NCBI RefSeq assembly: GCF_009914755.1
Contig: NC_060934.1
Length of the DNA stretch: 64,000 bases
Strand: one strand, 5' to 3'
DNA from: the human T2T-CHM13v2.0 reference genome, Homo sapiens
In this document: positions 1 to 14,049 of the stretch, piece after piece
How the letters are laid out: every line of letters starts with the position of its first letter
Numbering within the stretch: position 1 is the first letter of the stretch
Position numbers and translations under genes: made by a program
Notes under the pieces: model-generated
Told to the model about the DNA's origin: nothing
The model's input: only the letters and a program-made list of their open reading frames with translations
Database searches by the model: none

Positions 1-607
1 GTGTCTCACTTTTTCCACCTACTTAATGTGTCAAATGTTAACCTATAATTATACCTGGAAGTCCAGCTTTCAGAGATGAAACCCAAAGAGTCAAGATTTA
101 CTCTGGTTCACAAAGGCTTTTAAAACTCTTACCTTCTATTTCCACACACCTTGTTGCTTTCCTTTGATAAATCTTTTGCTGGCCCGGAACTGAAACTCAC
201 AGCACAGCACAGCACAGCACAAGCAGGGCTATAAATTTTTACTCAAGTGATGGGCTTCCTTTGAACCTGTCCTGACGTCGTCATTACCAGCTCCAATTCC
301 ACATTCTGGCTTTCATTTCTTGGTACAGTGGTAAAATTTGAGGCTTGTCTCACAAAGTTACCACTAAAAAGAAAGGAAAAAAAGGTATGGATGATAATTT
401 TAATAAGGCATGGAAGATAAATTGCTTTTGAAAAAAGAATTTTAGAAAGCTTCTTAATAATTTATGGTTAACTTCCAAATTGACTTTCAGTGTTAATTAT
501 AAGACTGTACTTGCAGTTTTGCAGTTTTGGTTACTCAAGGCACTTTCTCTGATTACCTTTGATTCTCAAAACTCTTCACATTGCTGCCATTACCATCTTT
601 ATTTCAG

Positions 608-616
608 GTCACAAAG
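608..616 (+). other. Candidate 9-nt microexon (GTCACAAAG)
   Basis: tttatttcag|GTCACAAAG|gtaatt; no AG in about 65 nt upstream (541-605); TGCTGC at 582-587; branch-point-like ctctgat near 547-553. No transcript evidence. Confidence 0.4.
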
Positions 617-789
617 GTAATTTATTACTTCATTTTCTTTTATTAAAAAAATCATCTTGCTGGGTTCCACCCTGACTCCCCTTGGAACCTACAAATTATT
701 TCATGAGCTGTTGGTGAATTCATTGATTTATTGCTGTTTTGGCCATTGGTCCCTAACATTTTCTTAGAAATTGTGCTTGTTTCTTAACT

Positions 790-1600
790 CTTTAGTATAG
801 AAATTTTCAAAAGCACACAAAAGTAGAGGGAATAATATAGTAAATCCCTGTGTGCCTATCATCTAGCTTCAACAGTTAGCAACATATAACCAATCTGATT
901 TTGACCCTCTTAGATGACATATTGTGTAATTGTATTTATCATACAGATATGTAATTTTATTTGTATTTCTGAGACCATAATGACTCCTATTAATGACACA
1001 TTATCATAACTAAAAAAATAACTTATTAATCTAATTAACACTATTTGTTAATGTTGACAACATTATTATTACTAACTTTACTGGAATGGATTTCAACTAC
1101 TATCCAAACTTTGTTCAAATTTCACCAATTATCCTGTGAATGACTTTTTATACTAATTTTCATTGTTTATTTTGCTCTGTCATGGCCCCTCCCCGCTTTC
1201 CTTTTCTTTCTTTTTTATTTTTGCAAATTATATGTGGAAGAACCTGAGTTCTACAGATTTTTTTTTTCAGAAAATCCTTCAGAATTTCCTACCTCCTAGA
1301 CTTGGCTGATTACATTCCAGTGGCGGTCTTAATGAGTTTGTCTATCCTCTGCGTTTTCTATAAATTATTAATTTAATCAAGTGGCTTGGTCAGACAAAAA
1401 GACTTCGATTTTTTCATTGAGACTATTTCGTAGGTTGTGTGGATACTACCTATTTCATCATATTGGTAGAAACAATGTCTGGGTGTTTCTCCTTTTTATA
1501 ATGTTAAGGGTGAGCATCACCTTCAGATGTTATCAATCTAATCTCTCCATTACAAAGTTTGCCTTTGACTTTTACCTAAAACGCTTTTGGCATGTTTCTT
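790..1600 (-). mobile_element. Old L1M (L1MC4/5-like) 3' fragment
   Basis: aaattttcaaaagcacacaaaagtagagggaataatatagtaaatccctgtgtgcctatcatctagcttcaaca resembles an antisense L1MC 3' end. Confidence 0.6.
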
Positions 1601-2459
1601 CCAGAGGCTGTGGAAAACAGGATTATAACAGAGAAATAAAACCCCCCAAACAGACAGAATACTGAACCTTCTGTTCAGCTCTGGAATTACTTTGGTATTA
1701 GGGACTCATCATCCTCTGTTGAAATTTTCTCTCTTGTTATCTTCCTGTGGTATCTAGTTTTGCACCTCATTTCTTCCAAAGCTCCTCTGCTCAATCAGCT
1801 GTGTTGGGGACAGGCTGCTAGGTCAGAACCTGACTCTGTTTCTGCCCCTGAAGCCACTCAGCATAAGAAAGAACTTGCTATTTTCTAGGCTGCCTTACCA
1901 AGTCCTGAGAAGGTCAGCAGCATCTCCTGACCTTGCAGTCCAGAAAGTGGGATAAAAAACAGTAATCCTGTGAAATAGTTGTGTAGATATTTTCATCCCC
2001 TTTTGGCAAATAAAAAATGTATATAATGCAAAGAAAGTCAAAGGGGCTTTGAAAAAGACATACAGCAAGATAGGGAAGGAGTTGAAATGTATTCTGCCTG
2101 GGGTAACCCTTCAAAGGGAGGCAATTCTAAATTTAATGGATAGAGAAGATTCATTCACTCTTGGGGAAATGGGCAATATCCAGCTGAGTTAATAACTTGA
2201 AGATTTTTTAGAAATCATTATTATCATCATTATTGTTTTTGTTGATATTTAGGATTGTAGCATTTTTTTCTCTTTAATTCCTGCATCCCCTTCATCTTCC
2301 CAAGAGGAAGAGATTTGTAATAGATTTCCTGTATGGCTCTGCCTTGAATAAAAAATAGACACATAAGGGCTAAATTTGCCTGGTCTCCTTCCTCCTCCTG
2401 CCATAGTTCTTGTCACCATCACTGTCATCACCATCATCAGTTAATGACTTCTTTTATTA

Positions 2460-2840
2460 ATCCACTCAGCAATTGTTTAAGGGTCTGCTATGTACCAAGC
2501 ATGAGAATTAATGGTGAAAAAAAACTTGGCATGCTATCTACTGTCACAGAGCTTACAGTCTGTTAGGGTGACCAGCAATAATTAAATATGCAAATGAATG
2601 TGAAATTACATTATAAACCATGCCATGAAGAAAAGGCACATGGTGCATAATGGGAAGGCCCACTCCGACCTGTACCATTAAGAAAGGCTCCTCCAGGAAG
2701 TGACATCTGAGCTGAAGGCTCAAAGACGAGCAAAGCCGGCTTGACAGAGAGGAGGTGAATGGCATCCAAGTGTGAGCAATAGTATGTGCAAAGACCCTGT
2801 GGCAGGAAGGATAGTGGCTCATTAATGGAACTGAAACAGG
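2460..2840 (-). mobile_element. L2 fragment
   Basis: Antisense L2 3' motifs: ...gtctgctatgtaccaagca..., gagcttacagtct, gaaggctcctccaggaagtgacatctgagctga. Confidence 0.65.
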
Positions 2841-4200
2841 GAATGAAGAATTGGTGTATTTCTATAATGATAGAAGACTATGTAAAAGGCTTGCTAAAAC
2901 TGAAAAAAAATTACTAATGTTAAAGGGAAGCCAAGAAAGAAGTATGCATCATCGGTGTGATAAAAACAACTAGAGAAGCAATATAAAGAACTACTAAAAT
3001 CATAGTGGCAACTGAGATCACCCTCAATGAATATCAGCCAAGAGATTAATTAATTGGACATCAGACAAAAGGCCACGTAGGAATTTTATGGAAACCTCTC
3101 TCTTTGTTGAGAACATCTGCTTTAGACAAATGGAAAGATTCATTCAATCAATAACAAATAAAAGTAGAAAAGATGATCTTATTCAGGTAAGGGAGAGCTC
3201 ATTACAAGAAATATCACTGGTGTTAATTTGAATCTAGTGAGGAAAATAGCATTCCGTGTTCTGCGCCCTTCTAAATTTTCTACAGTGAAAATTCCATTTG
3301 TACATATAAATTATATTTGTATAACACATTGGAGTAAACAGAGAAGGCTGTTACTGGGTAAAGATCAACCCCAGAGGGTTTAGGCTTCTCGGGCCATCCT
3401 GGTGGCTGAGGGGTTCAACATTTTAACACAAATTTAAAACATCTGTGGCATCCCAATTGAGCAGCTGTGCTCAGCAATATTGGAATAGAGAGGAGGAGAT
3501 GATAACCTGGGCTAGTTACGTGGTTCAGAGGGGATGGTTACTTGGGCTAGTTCTGTGGTTCTCAAACAATATTTCAATAGGCCTTTTGCAAGAACACTCA
3601 GGAGTTGCAATCATGAGGCTGAATTTCTTGGTCCTCTGACCTCAATATAAGTAACATTCTTATCATCTGTTTTATATATTGAGCATCAATGTCAGATTTT
3701 ATTTGAAAAGAAGGATTCTATTAAAAAATATGTGTGAAATCCACCGGCCTTTTTATAGAGAAAGCTTAGGTCTGGGACTGGGATGGAGGAGGTTTGACTG
3801 CTTCTCTTAACTTGTACTAAATAAGTAGAGAAGTTTGGTAAGTCACTTACTCTGGGGTTTGGGTTTCTTCAGCAGTCTTGGGAAGATATGCATATCTGTC
3901 CTGTACATCTTACAGGGATGTTGTGAGGACCTGGAAGTGTGACAGTTTGAAAGTGTTTTGCACAACACAAATGCAAGACTTTTTTTTTCTCTCTTTTAGG
4001 TGATAAACATTACTTACAATAGAGGTTTGTGGGGAATAAAAATCACTTAGCTATCCCTAGAGAGAGAAAGCACCATCAGGGGAGAAGCTGACATTAGAAA
4101 TTTTAAAAATAATAGCAGAAAACAACTTCCTTTGTGAGTTTGGCACACTGTAGGGACTAAACACACACTTCCAAGGAAATCTGAGTGATGGGCTGAAATA

Positions 4201-4613
4201 CAGATGGTCCCCAACTTACAGCAGTTTGATTTATTATTTTGATTTTATGAGGATGCAAAAATGATAAACATTCAGTAGAAATTGTACTTTGAATTTTAAA
4301 TTATGATATTTTCCCAGGCTAGAAATATGCAGTATTACACTCTTGTGATGCTGGACAGTGGTGGCGAGCCCTGGCTCCCAGTCAGCCACGTGATCGGGAG
4401 GGTAAACAACTGATACTCTACAGTGCATTGTGTTGCCAGATGATTTTTCCCAGCTGTAGGATAACGCAAGTCTCGTGAGCACATTTAAGGTAGGCTAGGC
4501 TAAGCTATGATGTTGGGTAGACTAGGTGTATTAAATGCATTCTTGACTTAAGATATTTTCAATGTAAGATGGGTTTATTGGTATTAATCCTAGCATATGT
4601 CCAGGACCATCTG
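4201..4613 (-). mobile_element. MER47B-like Tigger (TcMar) non-autonomous DNA transposon
   Basis: Terminal inverted repeats cagatggtcc...ggaccatctg flanked by TA on both sides; internal taaggtaggctaggctaagctatgatgtt typical of MER47. Confidence 0.85.
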
Positions 4614-6042
4614 TAGGTCTCTAGGGACCTAAGGACAAGATAAGCATTTCTCATCAACATAGTGCGGCAGGTTCTGCTTGTGGGGACATCAGTGAGGTGA
4701 TCTGCATCCCTGATTCTGATGTGTTTGAGAGATGCTTCCTATGATTGCTGGTATGTGCAAAGCCTGGGAGGAGCCACAGTAGGAGCTTCCTTTCCTGTGG
4801 ACTGTTAGAAATCTGGACATTTCAATAGTATATCACATAATAGTACTTGTGTGGGCTCTCTGAGTTTTTCTGTTCAATGTAATTCTCTTTAAATTGGGCA
4901 GCCCAAAGAAAGAGTCATGCCACTTTATCTGCAGTTCTCAAGGTATTTCAGAATTCATCAGAAAGATTTAATCAATTTATCTTCCACAATTGACCTCCAT
5001 GACTGGTCTATTTTAAGTACAGTGGAAAAAACAAGTTATTTAGGTATCTCATTACCCAGATAAAAATCCTTTATTTGCCTCTTAATGGTTCTATGAATTT
5101 AACTATCTATGTTACCTACCTCTATTTGTATTCTCCTCTGTAAATAGGTAGAAATAATAACAATTGTTATTGTAATAAAATGGGTAAAAATCATCCTCAT
5201 CATACTCATCATTATCATTACCTACCTAATAGAATTATTGCAAAGATTAAAGGAGATGAGATACTCACTTTTGATTATAAAGGGCCATATAATGTTAAAA
5301 ACTAATGCTGTTCCCAGTTAGTATTGTCCTGTATTTTGAGAGGTGCTCAAATGCAATCTGAGAGTATGTATTGTTCTTTTGTTTAGATTTCCCTTAAAAA
5401 TTATTTTAGTGAGTGAGTGTGATTATATCTTGACTATCTCATTAGGAGAAAAGGAATTCACATGCTGACATAAGTAGGTAAGGGATATGGAAATTATATC
5501 TTAATAACAAAGGAACACCTAGAAATGTATTTTATAATAGGAATGAGCATTGGGAATGCCTTTTGTTCTTCTAAATTAAGGAATACCTTGGAGCAGATCT
5601 TTGTCTTTCTTCTATTTAGTACCCAAACTTCCTTTGGGAAATGTCTTCTGCTGGGACTGCCAACCATAGTTCTGAAAGTCTCTGATGACTTTGGGATCCA
5701 GCCCTAGTCTAGCACAGGCCATGCCCAGACCTTAGGGACTGATCCCAGGTTGAGCATGAGTTTTACATTAGTAATCAGTATTTTCCCAAGTGTTTTTCAT
5801 TTAGAGCTTAAGAAAAGGCACTGTACCTTTTGATTTTGTTTATGGGAGTATATTAATAGGGGACTGGAAGAAGGAATCTTCCCCACAAGTAGTTGGAATT
5901 GAGATAAAGAAAGAAATAGGGTGAAGGTGAGCTCCAAGTTCCTACACTCAGTTGTGCCAGATGCAAAGACCAATAAATTCATTTTTTTTCTATTTTTGAT
6001 TTGAGCCTGTGTCTTACTGCCAATACTCCCGAATCATCAACA

Positions 6043-7230
<1,188 letters not shown>

Positions 7231-7406
7231 GTAGTATTATATGATTATACAAGTATTTCGTATTGATGTTCTTCAGTATCTTTTACATGTATATATCTAT
7301 TTTTACTCCAAACATCAGACTTTCCTGCAGGTGTGAATTGGGGCAAGTGAGGGTGGGAGTAGATGTGGGGTTGCCAATAAAGCATAACTAAAAAAGAGAG
7401 TCATTA

Positions 7407-8544
7407 TGTAATCGCTTAATGGGTTCTTCCTGACTGCCACACAGACAAAATCAATTCACTGAGACCAAGGCATTGCAGTAAAGACAGAGTTTAATTGACG
7501 CCAGGCTGACCACGTGGAAGAGAATTATTACTCAAATCAGTCTCTCTGAAGGCTCAATGGTGAGGGTTTTTATGGACAGTGGTGGGCAGAAAGCTAGGGA
7601 ATGGGTGCTACTGTTTGGGGATGAAATCATTGGAGTATGGGAAATGGTCATTGTGTGCTGAGTCTGCTTCTGGGCGGGGCCACAGGACTGATTGAGTCCT
7701 GAGTCACAAGTCCAAGTAAGATCAGTCTAAAAGACATCTAATAAAACCAATCTTCAGCTCAACAATAGTGATGTTATCTACAGGAACAACTGGGGAAATC
7801 ACAAATCTTGTGACCTCCGGCCACATGACTCCTGAGCAATAAGAGATTATAGAAACGACACCTACATTTTAGCAGAACCCTCCTATTCTTGTGCCCTTTA
7901 ATTAGTCTCACAAGGGGGTTTCAGCTCCAGAAGAGGGAGAGGATTAGTTTTAGGAAGGGCGTATTATTGTTGCAAACTTTCTCCTTAGTTCAGCTAAAAG
8001 CGGGTTCTTGTCACATGACTAGGAAAGATTAGGCTTACGGGCACATATAAGGGTGAGAAAAAAAATGAAATTTATTGGGTAAAAAGGAAAAGAAAAAATC
8101 TCAGTAGAGCCAGAGGGAGTCTTGTTAACAAGCTCCTGCCCCACCAATTGAATCTCAGGCCACGATCTGGAACTGAAGAGGCCCAGGCTCCTCCCCTGCT
8201 AAAAGGTACCCATTTCTGGAGGCTCCACCTCATTCCCCCAGTGCTCATGTGGGCATTATTCTGAGAGTATCCATTGGGAGAGGATGGGCTTCATCCGGGA
8301 CCGGCAGTCCAATTTTCCAGCCTTCAGGCTGTTTTAGGTTTGAAGGTGGGGTTTCGCTGGGGACCCTTGGCTGTTTCCTGTCTCTATCATTATCATCCTT
8401 GCTCCAAAGTTAAATTTAAATTCTTCCCAAAGTTAGCTTTGCCTATGCCCAGGAATGACCAAGGGCAGCTTGGAGTTCAGAAGCAAGATGGAGTCAACTA
8501 TGCCAGATTTTTCTCACTGCCAAAATTTTGCAAAGGCAGTTTAA
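7407..8544 (-). mobile_element. LTR8-family ERV1 solo LTR, interrupted at 7968-8389
   Basis: Starts tgtaatcgcttaatgggttcttcctg, ends ttttgcaaaggcagttt; sequence reads continuously across the inner LTR. Confidence 0.8.
7968..8389 (-). mobile_element. MER4-group ERV1 solo LTR (MER48/MER50-like) nested in LTR8
   Basis: TG...CA termini; perfect 4-bp TSD ttat (7964-7967, 8390-8393); reverse complement starts tgatagagacaggaaacagccaagggtcccc. Confidence 0.8.
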
Positions 8545-11459
8545 ATCATGTGTTATAAAGTCACTTTTAGGTATATCTGGTAAGAACTTTAATCCAATTT
8601 CTACCCAGGAAATAGAGACCTTATTAGTAAAATACCTGTGCTGAGCCATATTAAAGAGTTACATTCCCAACCATCTGATTCTGAAAGTTAGTTTCTTAAG
8701 ATAATGTTATTATACTTTGAAATAAATAAATACAATTGTAATATGATTCTTTCTTTGAAAAATAGCTAATGTGTCTTTATCATTTTCAACATATTCTTCA
8801 GATATTGCTTCAGTTAGGGATGTGTTTGCAGTTCTCATGATTAATTTCCATACGTTTGAATAGGAAGGGATTTGTTAGATGGTATTAAGTAGCTTATAAC
8901 AATTTCTAGGAAGATTAGGGGATTATATGTGAATGCTACACCGATAGCAAGAACAACTAGGAGAAAAAGGGTTTTAGGGAAAATTCAATGGCCCCCTAGG
9001 TTGTGGGTTGGAGTCTGTGATGCTCTGGGTCTGGTGACTAGAACTTTTACCACAGTTGCCATAAGAACCAAGTGCCTATGCCCCTCATTCTTGCAAGCAG
9101 AATGCATCTGTGTGGCTGAATAATGCCAGCTTCTCACTTCTTCCTTCCCAACTTTGTGCAAGTGTACCCATGTGGCAGAATTTACGTAGCATCTGCAGGC
9201 TTAACTGCAAGCAAGTCTCTATAAAGATTTTGGATTTTCCAGCTCTGTGGTATAGGAAGTCTGCTAGAAAACATTTAGAATAGATGTGGAGTGTGCCAAT
9301 CCACAGTGTCCCCTGTGTGTTTTATCTGATTTTTGTCTATATCAACCTAACAAAATGATTGTTATGGTTCCTATTTTAAAGACGAGAAGACTAAAGCTCC
9401 ATGATGGTGGGATAATAGTCTACGAACCAAATCCCATGTTTCCTTCACCTTCCCCTGCTACTTTTTCTGATCACTTCTGAGCTTAAGTGCATGCTCCATT
9501 AGTATTTCTTCCCACTGCCATTTCAACATAGACCAGAATAGTTGTCAAAATTGTCACATTTATAAAGACATTTATCATTCACATTAGCCACTGTTTCAAG
9601 ATTAACATTTCAAGAATGGAATCAACTACTGGGTTAAATCTGTTTCTGCTCTGTGATTTTGGGATTTCCTTAAATGACATGTTCTAGGATTGTATGCCAC
9701 ACACACAAAAAAAGTCTTCATGGTTGTCCCTCGAGTAAACCTAATTTGACATTTTCAACAGGCCTATTGCCAAAATTTTTAATACTAGCTATCCTCCTTA
9801 AGAACAAAATGATCATATACATACAGTTAATGTCCTTAGAAAATGTATTGTAAATGTGTACTACGATTTGGTACTGGAAAAAGAACTACATTAAAAAAAT
9901 AAGGGGAAGGCACATAAGAGAAAGAAAAGGAACTGATTTACATGACTGAAAACCCATTTCTCCTGCATTTGTTCATTTAAATATCCCACCTACAGATGAA
10001 ATTACCAAGCATTCCCACAGAACTCTCTATAAAAGTGGGAGAATTACTGAAAGATTTGATGGGTAGAAGCATTTCAGCTGGATTCGAACTTTGCATCATT
10101 CCCTTGGAATTTAAAAATACCCCATAAAATCAGAAGGAATTAGTAACACTAAGAAGCAAACAAATAAGCAAAGCACCCTAGGACTGATGAGCTGGAATAG
10201 ATACATCCACAGAGTTTATCAAACCTTATCAATAAAGCTGAAAGAACATATTTTCTTAATTTGAATTTTTAGTTTCTAAGAATAAAAGAAAGATTACTAA
10301 AATTTAAATTGAAGAGCTGAATAGAAAACTTCAGCGTAGCTTGAATCTATTAAAATACCATCTGTTGGTAGGAATGAAAAGGAAGAAGGCACCATCATTA
10401 TTTCAAAAATATGTCAATTGCTATTATAAATGTCAGGGCATCATGACTGCTAAAAGATAACCCGTCCTCAGGAGAAGAGTGAATTTAGGACTCTCGATGG
10501 TTTAAAAGTTTATGCCAGGTACATACACAAGGTGGGATGGGGGAAATAAGAGAAGGATTGGAAGCAAGCTCTGCCAATTTAGTCCTAGTTGTTTAATTAT
10601 CCTGTGTGAGTGTCAATAGTTGTAAACCATGATTTTCAGTGAGTTATGGAATTTTATATTTTATGGTTCATGTGCCCATCCTCTGCCTATTGGCTGTAAA
10701 CTCAATTACTAACCATTCTTCACACTTAAGAACACACTGAAGTCAGTTTTCTGTTGAGCCAATATCAAATTCTTTGAGTAGCTATGGTTAAACTGCAGTA
10801 TTAGAGGTGAGCTTGCGAGAGGTATAGGTGTCATATCAGTTTGCACATTGCAACAAAAGCAAGATATAGAGCAAATTCTGAGTGTTCAAACATGCATTGG
10901 CAAACTGACATGAAATTATGACTTGTACTCTTGGTCAGAAAATTCCTACTCTCTGCTCTGAGGTACTTTGACAGTTACCTTACATATAAAGCTTTTTCCA
11001 AGGTAGATACAGTAAACTCTGATGACAGGATCCACTAACATTGTAATTGAGCCAAGTGGCAGGGTTGTTGAAGGATGCGAGTCCAAGAAGGCTCTGAAAC
11101 TCAAATGTTGCCCTGATGTTACTGGACTGCAAAGTTTGCTGAGTTCCTAAATTTCTCAAAGGTTGGCAAAGCCCAAGCAATCTTTCTAACCAAATTCTAA
11201 TTTCTAATATCACTAGACTAATTAAAAAAAAAAAAAACCTCTGGTGTGGATTTTGACAAAGATATATGAAGCCACATTTGAATGTGTTAATTCCTTCTTG
11301 GGCTAGTCTATTTCCTAGCTAAATACTCTTGGCGTGCTCTGGAGTATACCTCTCTGATGAAAATTCTTCAGATTTTATCTAACTGACCCTAGAGTGTAGA
11401 CTAGAGTTGAACAGTGCAAACACATACATTTCACTATTTATACATGAAGACAATACAAC

Positions 11460-11810
11460 ACAGATGTATGTCTTCCTTCATGCCATCTCTGGGGCTGTTC
11501 CTCTGTGTCCAGAATATTTTCTCTGTTTCTTTCTAAGGCAAATGTAATGGAAATTCACTGTCACCATGAAGGCATCATTCTTTTTTCCCTGTAACCCACA
11601 AGAAACTCTTCTTTGGACACCTACCACTGACTACCTTGTATGGTCACTCAACTCTTTCATGTGTTTTCAACTCTTTCATGTGTTTGTATCCTGTTTCTCC
11701 AGGTGGAGGTCAAGTATCATTTCTCTATAGCTGTTTATTCATCTACTACAGGACTGCATACCTTGGAGGTACTCAGTAGATATCTGTTAAATAAATGAAT
11801 AAATGATGAC
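11460..11810 (+). mobile_element. L2 3' fragment
   Basis: Ends ggaggtactcagtagatatctgttaaataaatgaataaatga, an L2 tail. Confidence 0.6.
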
Positions 11811-12107
11811 ATGAAGGACCCATTAAAGTGGGCTCCAATATGCCTTCTTACTGCTTCCATTTAGGAGAGATGTTGTAATCCTTTTAACTTTGTGATCCAG
11901 ACTTGTGAGGCTGAAGTCTTACATACTATTTGATTCTGGAAATAATATACTTTGAGGCATTTCTTTTGATGGCTAAAGGCGGGTGTCTTAATGTTCCCCA
12001 GCTGCGGCCTGCAGCAAAGACCATCAAGAGAAGGCCTTTAGGGGCAATGCTTTGTGAGTACATCATGAATTTTGTGCTCTAGTTGTCTGCCAATCCCCAT
12101 TCCAACC

Positions 12108-12159
12108 CACGCGCGCACTCACACACACACACACTCATGCGCGCACACACACACACACA
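12108..12159. repeat. Compound (CG)/(CA)n microsatellite in two similar units
   Basis: cacgcgcgcactcacacacacacacact catgcgcgcacacacacacacacaca. Confidence 0.9.
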
Positions 12160-12589
12160 GCTCTACTATTTACTTTGTTGATTGGCATTTACACAGCAGC
12201 AGATGTGCTGTAAATAGACATGCAGCAACAGGGTTGGCATACTAATGGACCCAGAGGTGAGACATCTGGTAAAACAGATGCAACGTGGCAGGGAGATACA
12301 GACTGCCCAGAAAGTGCTCATCTCCCAAGATCAGCACCAAGGATCTGACCAATGCCTGGTCGGGCACTGTGCCTTCCAAACAGATGGGGATAGATTTGAG
12401 CCAATAAGAATATATGAAGAAAGTGGTCAGATTGCTTGTGAGATAGAGGGGCCTGTGCCAGGAAAGTTGAATCAGCCATTTTCTTTTAAAAGTCTGCTCT
12501 CCTTGTCACCTGGCACCACACACTCATCAAACACTGTCAAACAGTTTTCACACAAGTTACACCATAGCAGAGTGAGCCTTTAAATAAAT

Positions 12590-12700
12590 GCCTCACCTTT
12601 TTCATGGAGATGACAAGAGGATTAATTAGTTAATGTTAGCAATGCTCCTACAAGATCAGTGGATGAAAGAAAACTCACAAAGTGCATTATCAATAATGGA
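12590..12700 (+). mobile_element. Ancient CORE-SINE (MIR/MIR1_Amn-like) 3' relic
   Basis: gaggattaattagttaatgttagcaatgctcctacaagatcagtggatgaaag...aagtgcattat resembles the amniote MIR tail. Confidence 0.45.
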
Positions 12701-13382
12701 ATGAGGTCACACTCCATAAAAGGCCTGTAAAAAATTCCATTTTCAGTATACAGCAGTCATTTTGTGCTAGAGTCCCACTTTTTATTGAAATATTTAACAA
12801 GCATAATGCAACGTAGTTTGTGTTAACTAGCAAAAAAAAAAATAAATGCATTCAGGAGAAATGCAGGAGAAAAAGCATCAAATCCACTCATTTTTTACTT
12901 CTTTTATGTGGTCTAGAAGTAGGGTCATTTTTTTTTTCCCTTGAAGAACAAGCGTAATTATTCATGTCTCTAATACTTTTGATTCACTGCATCTATTCAA
13001 CTAGCCATTATAATACAATGAACAAAAAGTAACTGTAAGGGACACTTGAATCTTCAGATATGCAAAAATAAGGTGTTAGATATGCTGTAAAATAAAGTTC
13101 TTGAACAAATGTAATTCTCTTATTTTTGGAAATATGTTATCAGAATCAGGCTAACAAAGTATTTCCAAAATGGAATTCTCTAAGGGGGCTTGCATACAAT
13201 GGGAACAACCACAAGATAAACAGCAATGAACCCGGATAAGAGGAACTTGAAATTAGCATAATTTATTCCACCAAAGAATCTCTTTACTTCTATTTCTAAC
13301 TTTTTAAATCTCACATTTCTTTCAATACTCCTTGAATTTTGTCCTCCTTTGTGAGACAAAACAGGTCATCTTAGCCTAAAAA

Positions 13383-13811
13383 TCTCTTGCATCCAACTTT
13401 TATTACCATATATATATATGGTAATAAAATATATATATACCATATATATGGTGCATATATATATACACATATATATACACCATATATATACACACCATAT
13501 ATATGGTATATATATACACCATATATATATACCATATATATACCCCATGTATACACCATATACATACGTACCACATATACGTACCACATATACGTACCAC
13601 ATATACGTACCACATATATACACCATATATACGTACCACATATATACACCATATATATGTACCATATATATACCATATATACACCATATATATATACCAT
13701 ATATATACACCATATATATACACCATATATATACACCATATATTTATACACCATATATATATATATACACACCATATATATATGGTAATAAAAGTTGGAT
13801 GCAAGAGAGTT

Positions 13812-13860
<49 letters not shown>
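13383..13860. repeat. (TA)n-derived minisatellite bracketed by a 35-bp inverted repeat, followed by (CA)n(TA)n
   Basis: 13383-13417 is the exact reverse complement of 13774-13808; interior consists of accatatatat variants and gtaccacatatac 13-mers (13568-13619). Confidence 0.95.
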
Positions 13861-13862
<2 letters not shown>

Positions 13863-14049
13863 CATATTTGCTGTTTTTATTATTACATTTCATTCAGGGT
13901 GTGCATACCCTATTTCATCAAAGGAATCATAACCTCTTATAAGACAGTCAGTTACATTGTTAATTATATTAGTTACCCAATTACAGTATATTAGTTTAGT
14001 ACATCCCTCAGTAAATACCTGTTGATTGATGCTGAAAATACAAAAAAAA

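Noticed and set aside
3985-4045. Acceptor ctcttttag followed by AATAAA as a terminal exon
   Set aside because: Adjacent to a MIR end with no other support; common by chance.
12245-12583. 112-aa ATG-initiated ORF
   Set aside because: No recognisable domain or convincing splice context; length compatible with chance.
13383-13808. MITE or CRISPR-like reading of the inverted arms and 13-mer units
   Set aside because: No TSD, no known terminal-repeat family, no unique spacers and no cas genes in mammalian DNA.
13366-13942. Six overlapping 115-174 aa ORFs rich in Y/I/H/M
   Set aside because: Stop-free translation of the TA-rich minisatellite; not protein-like.
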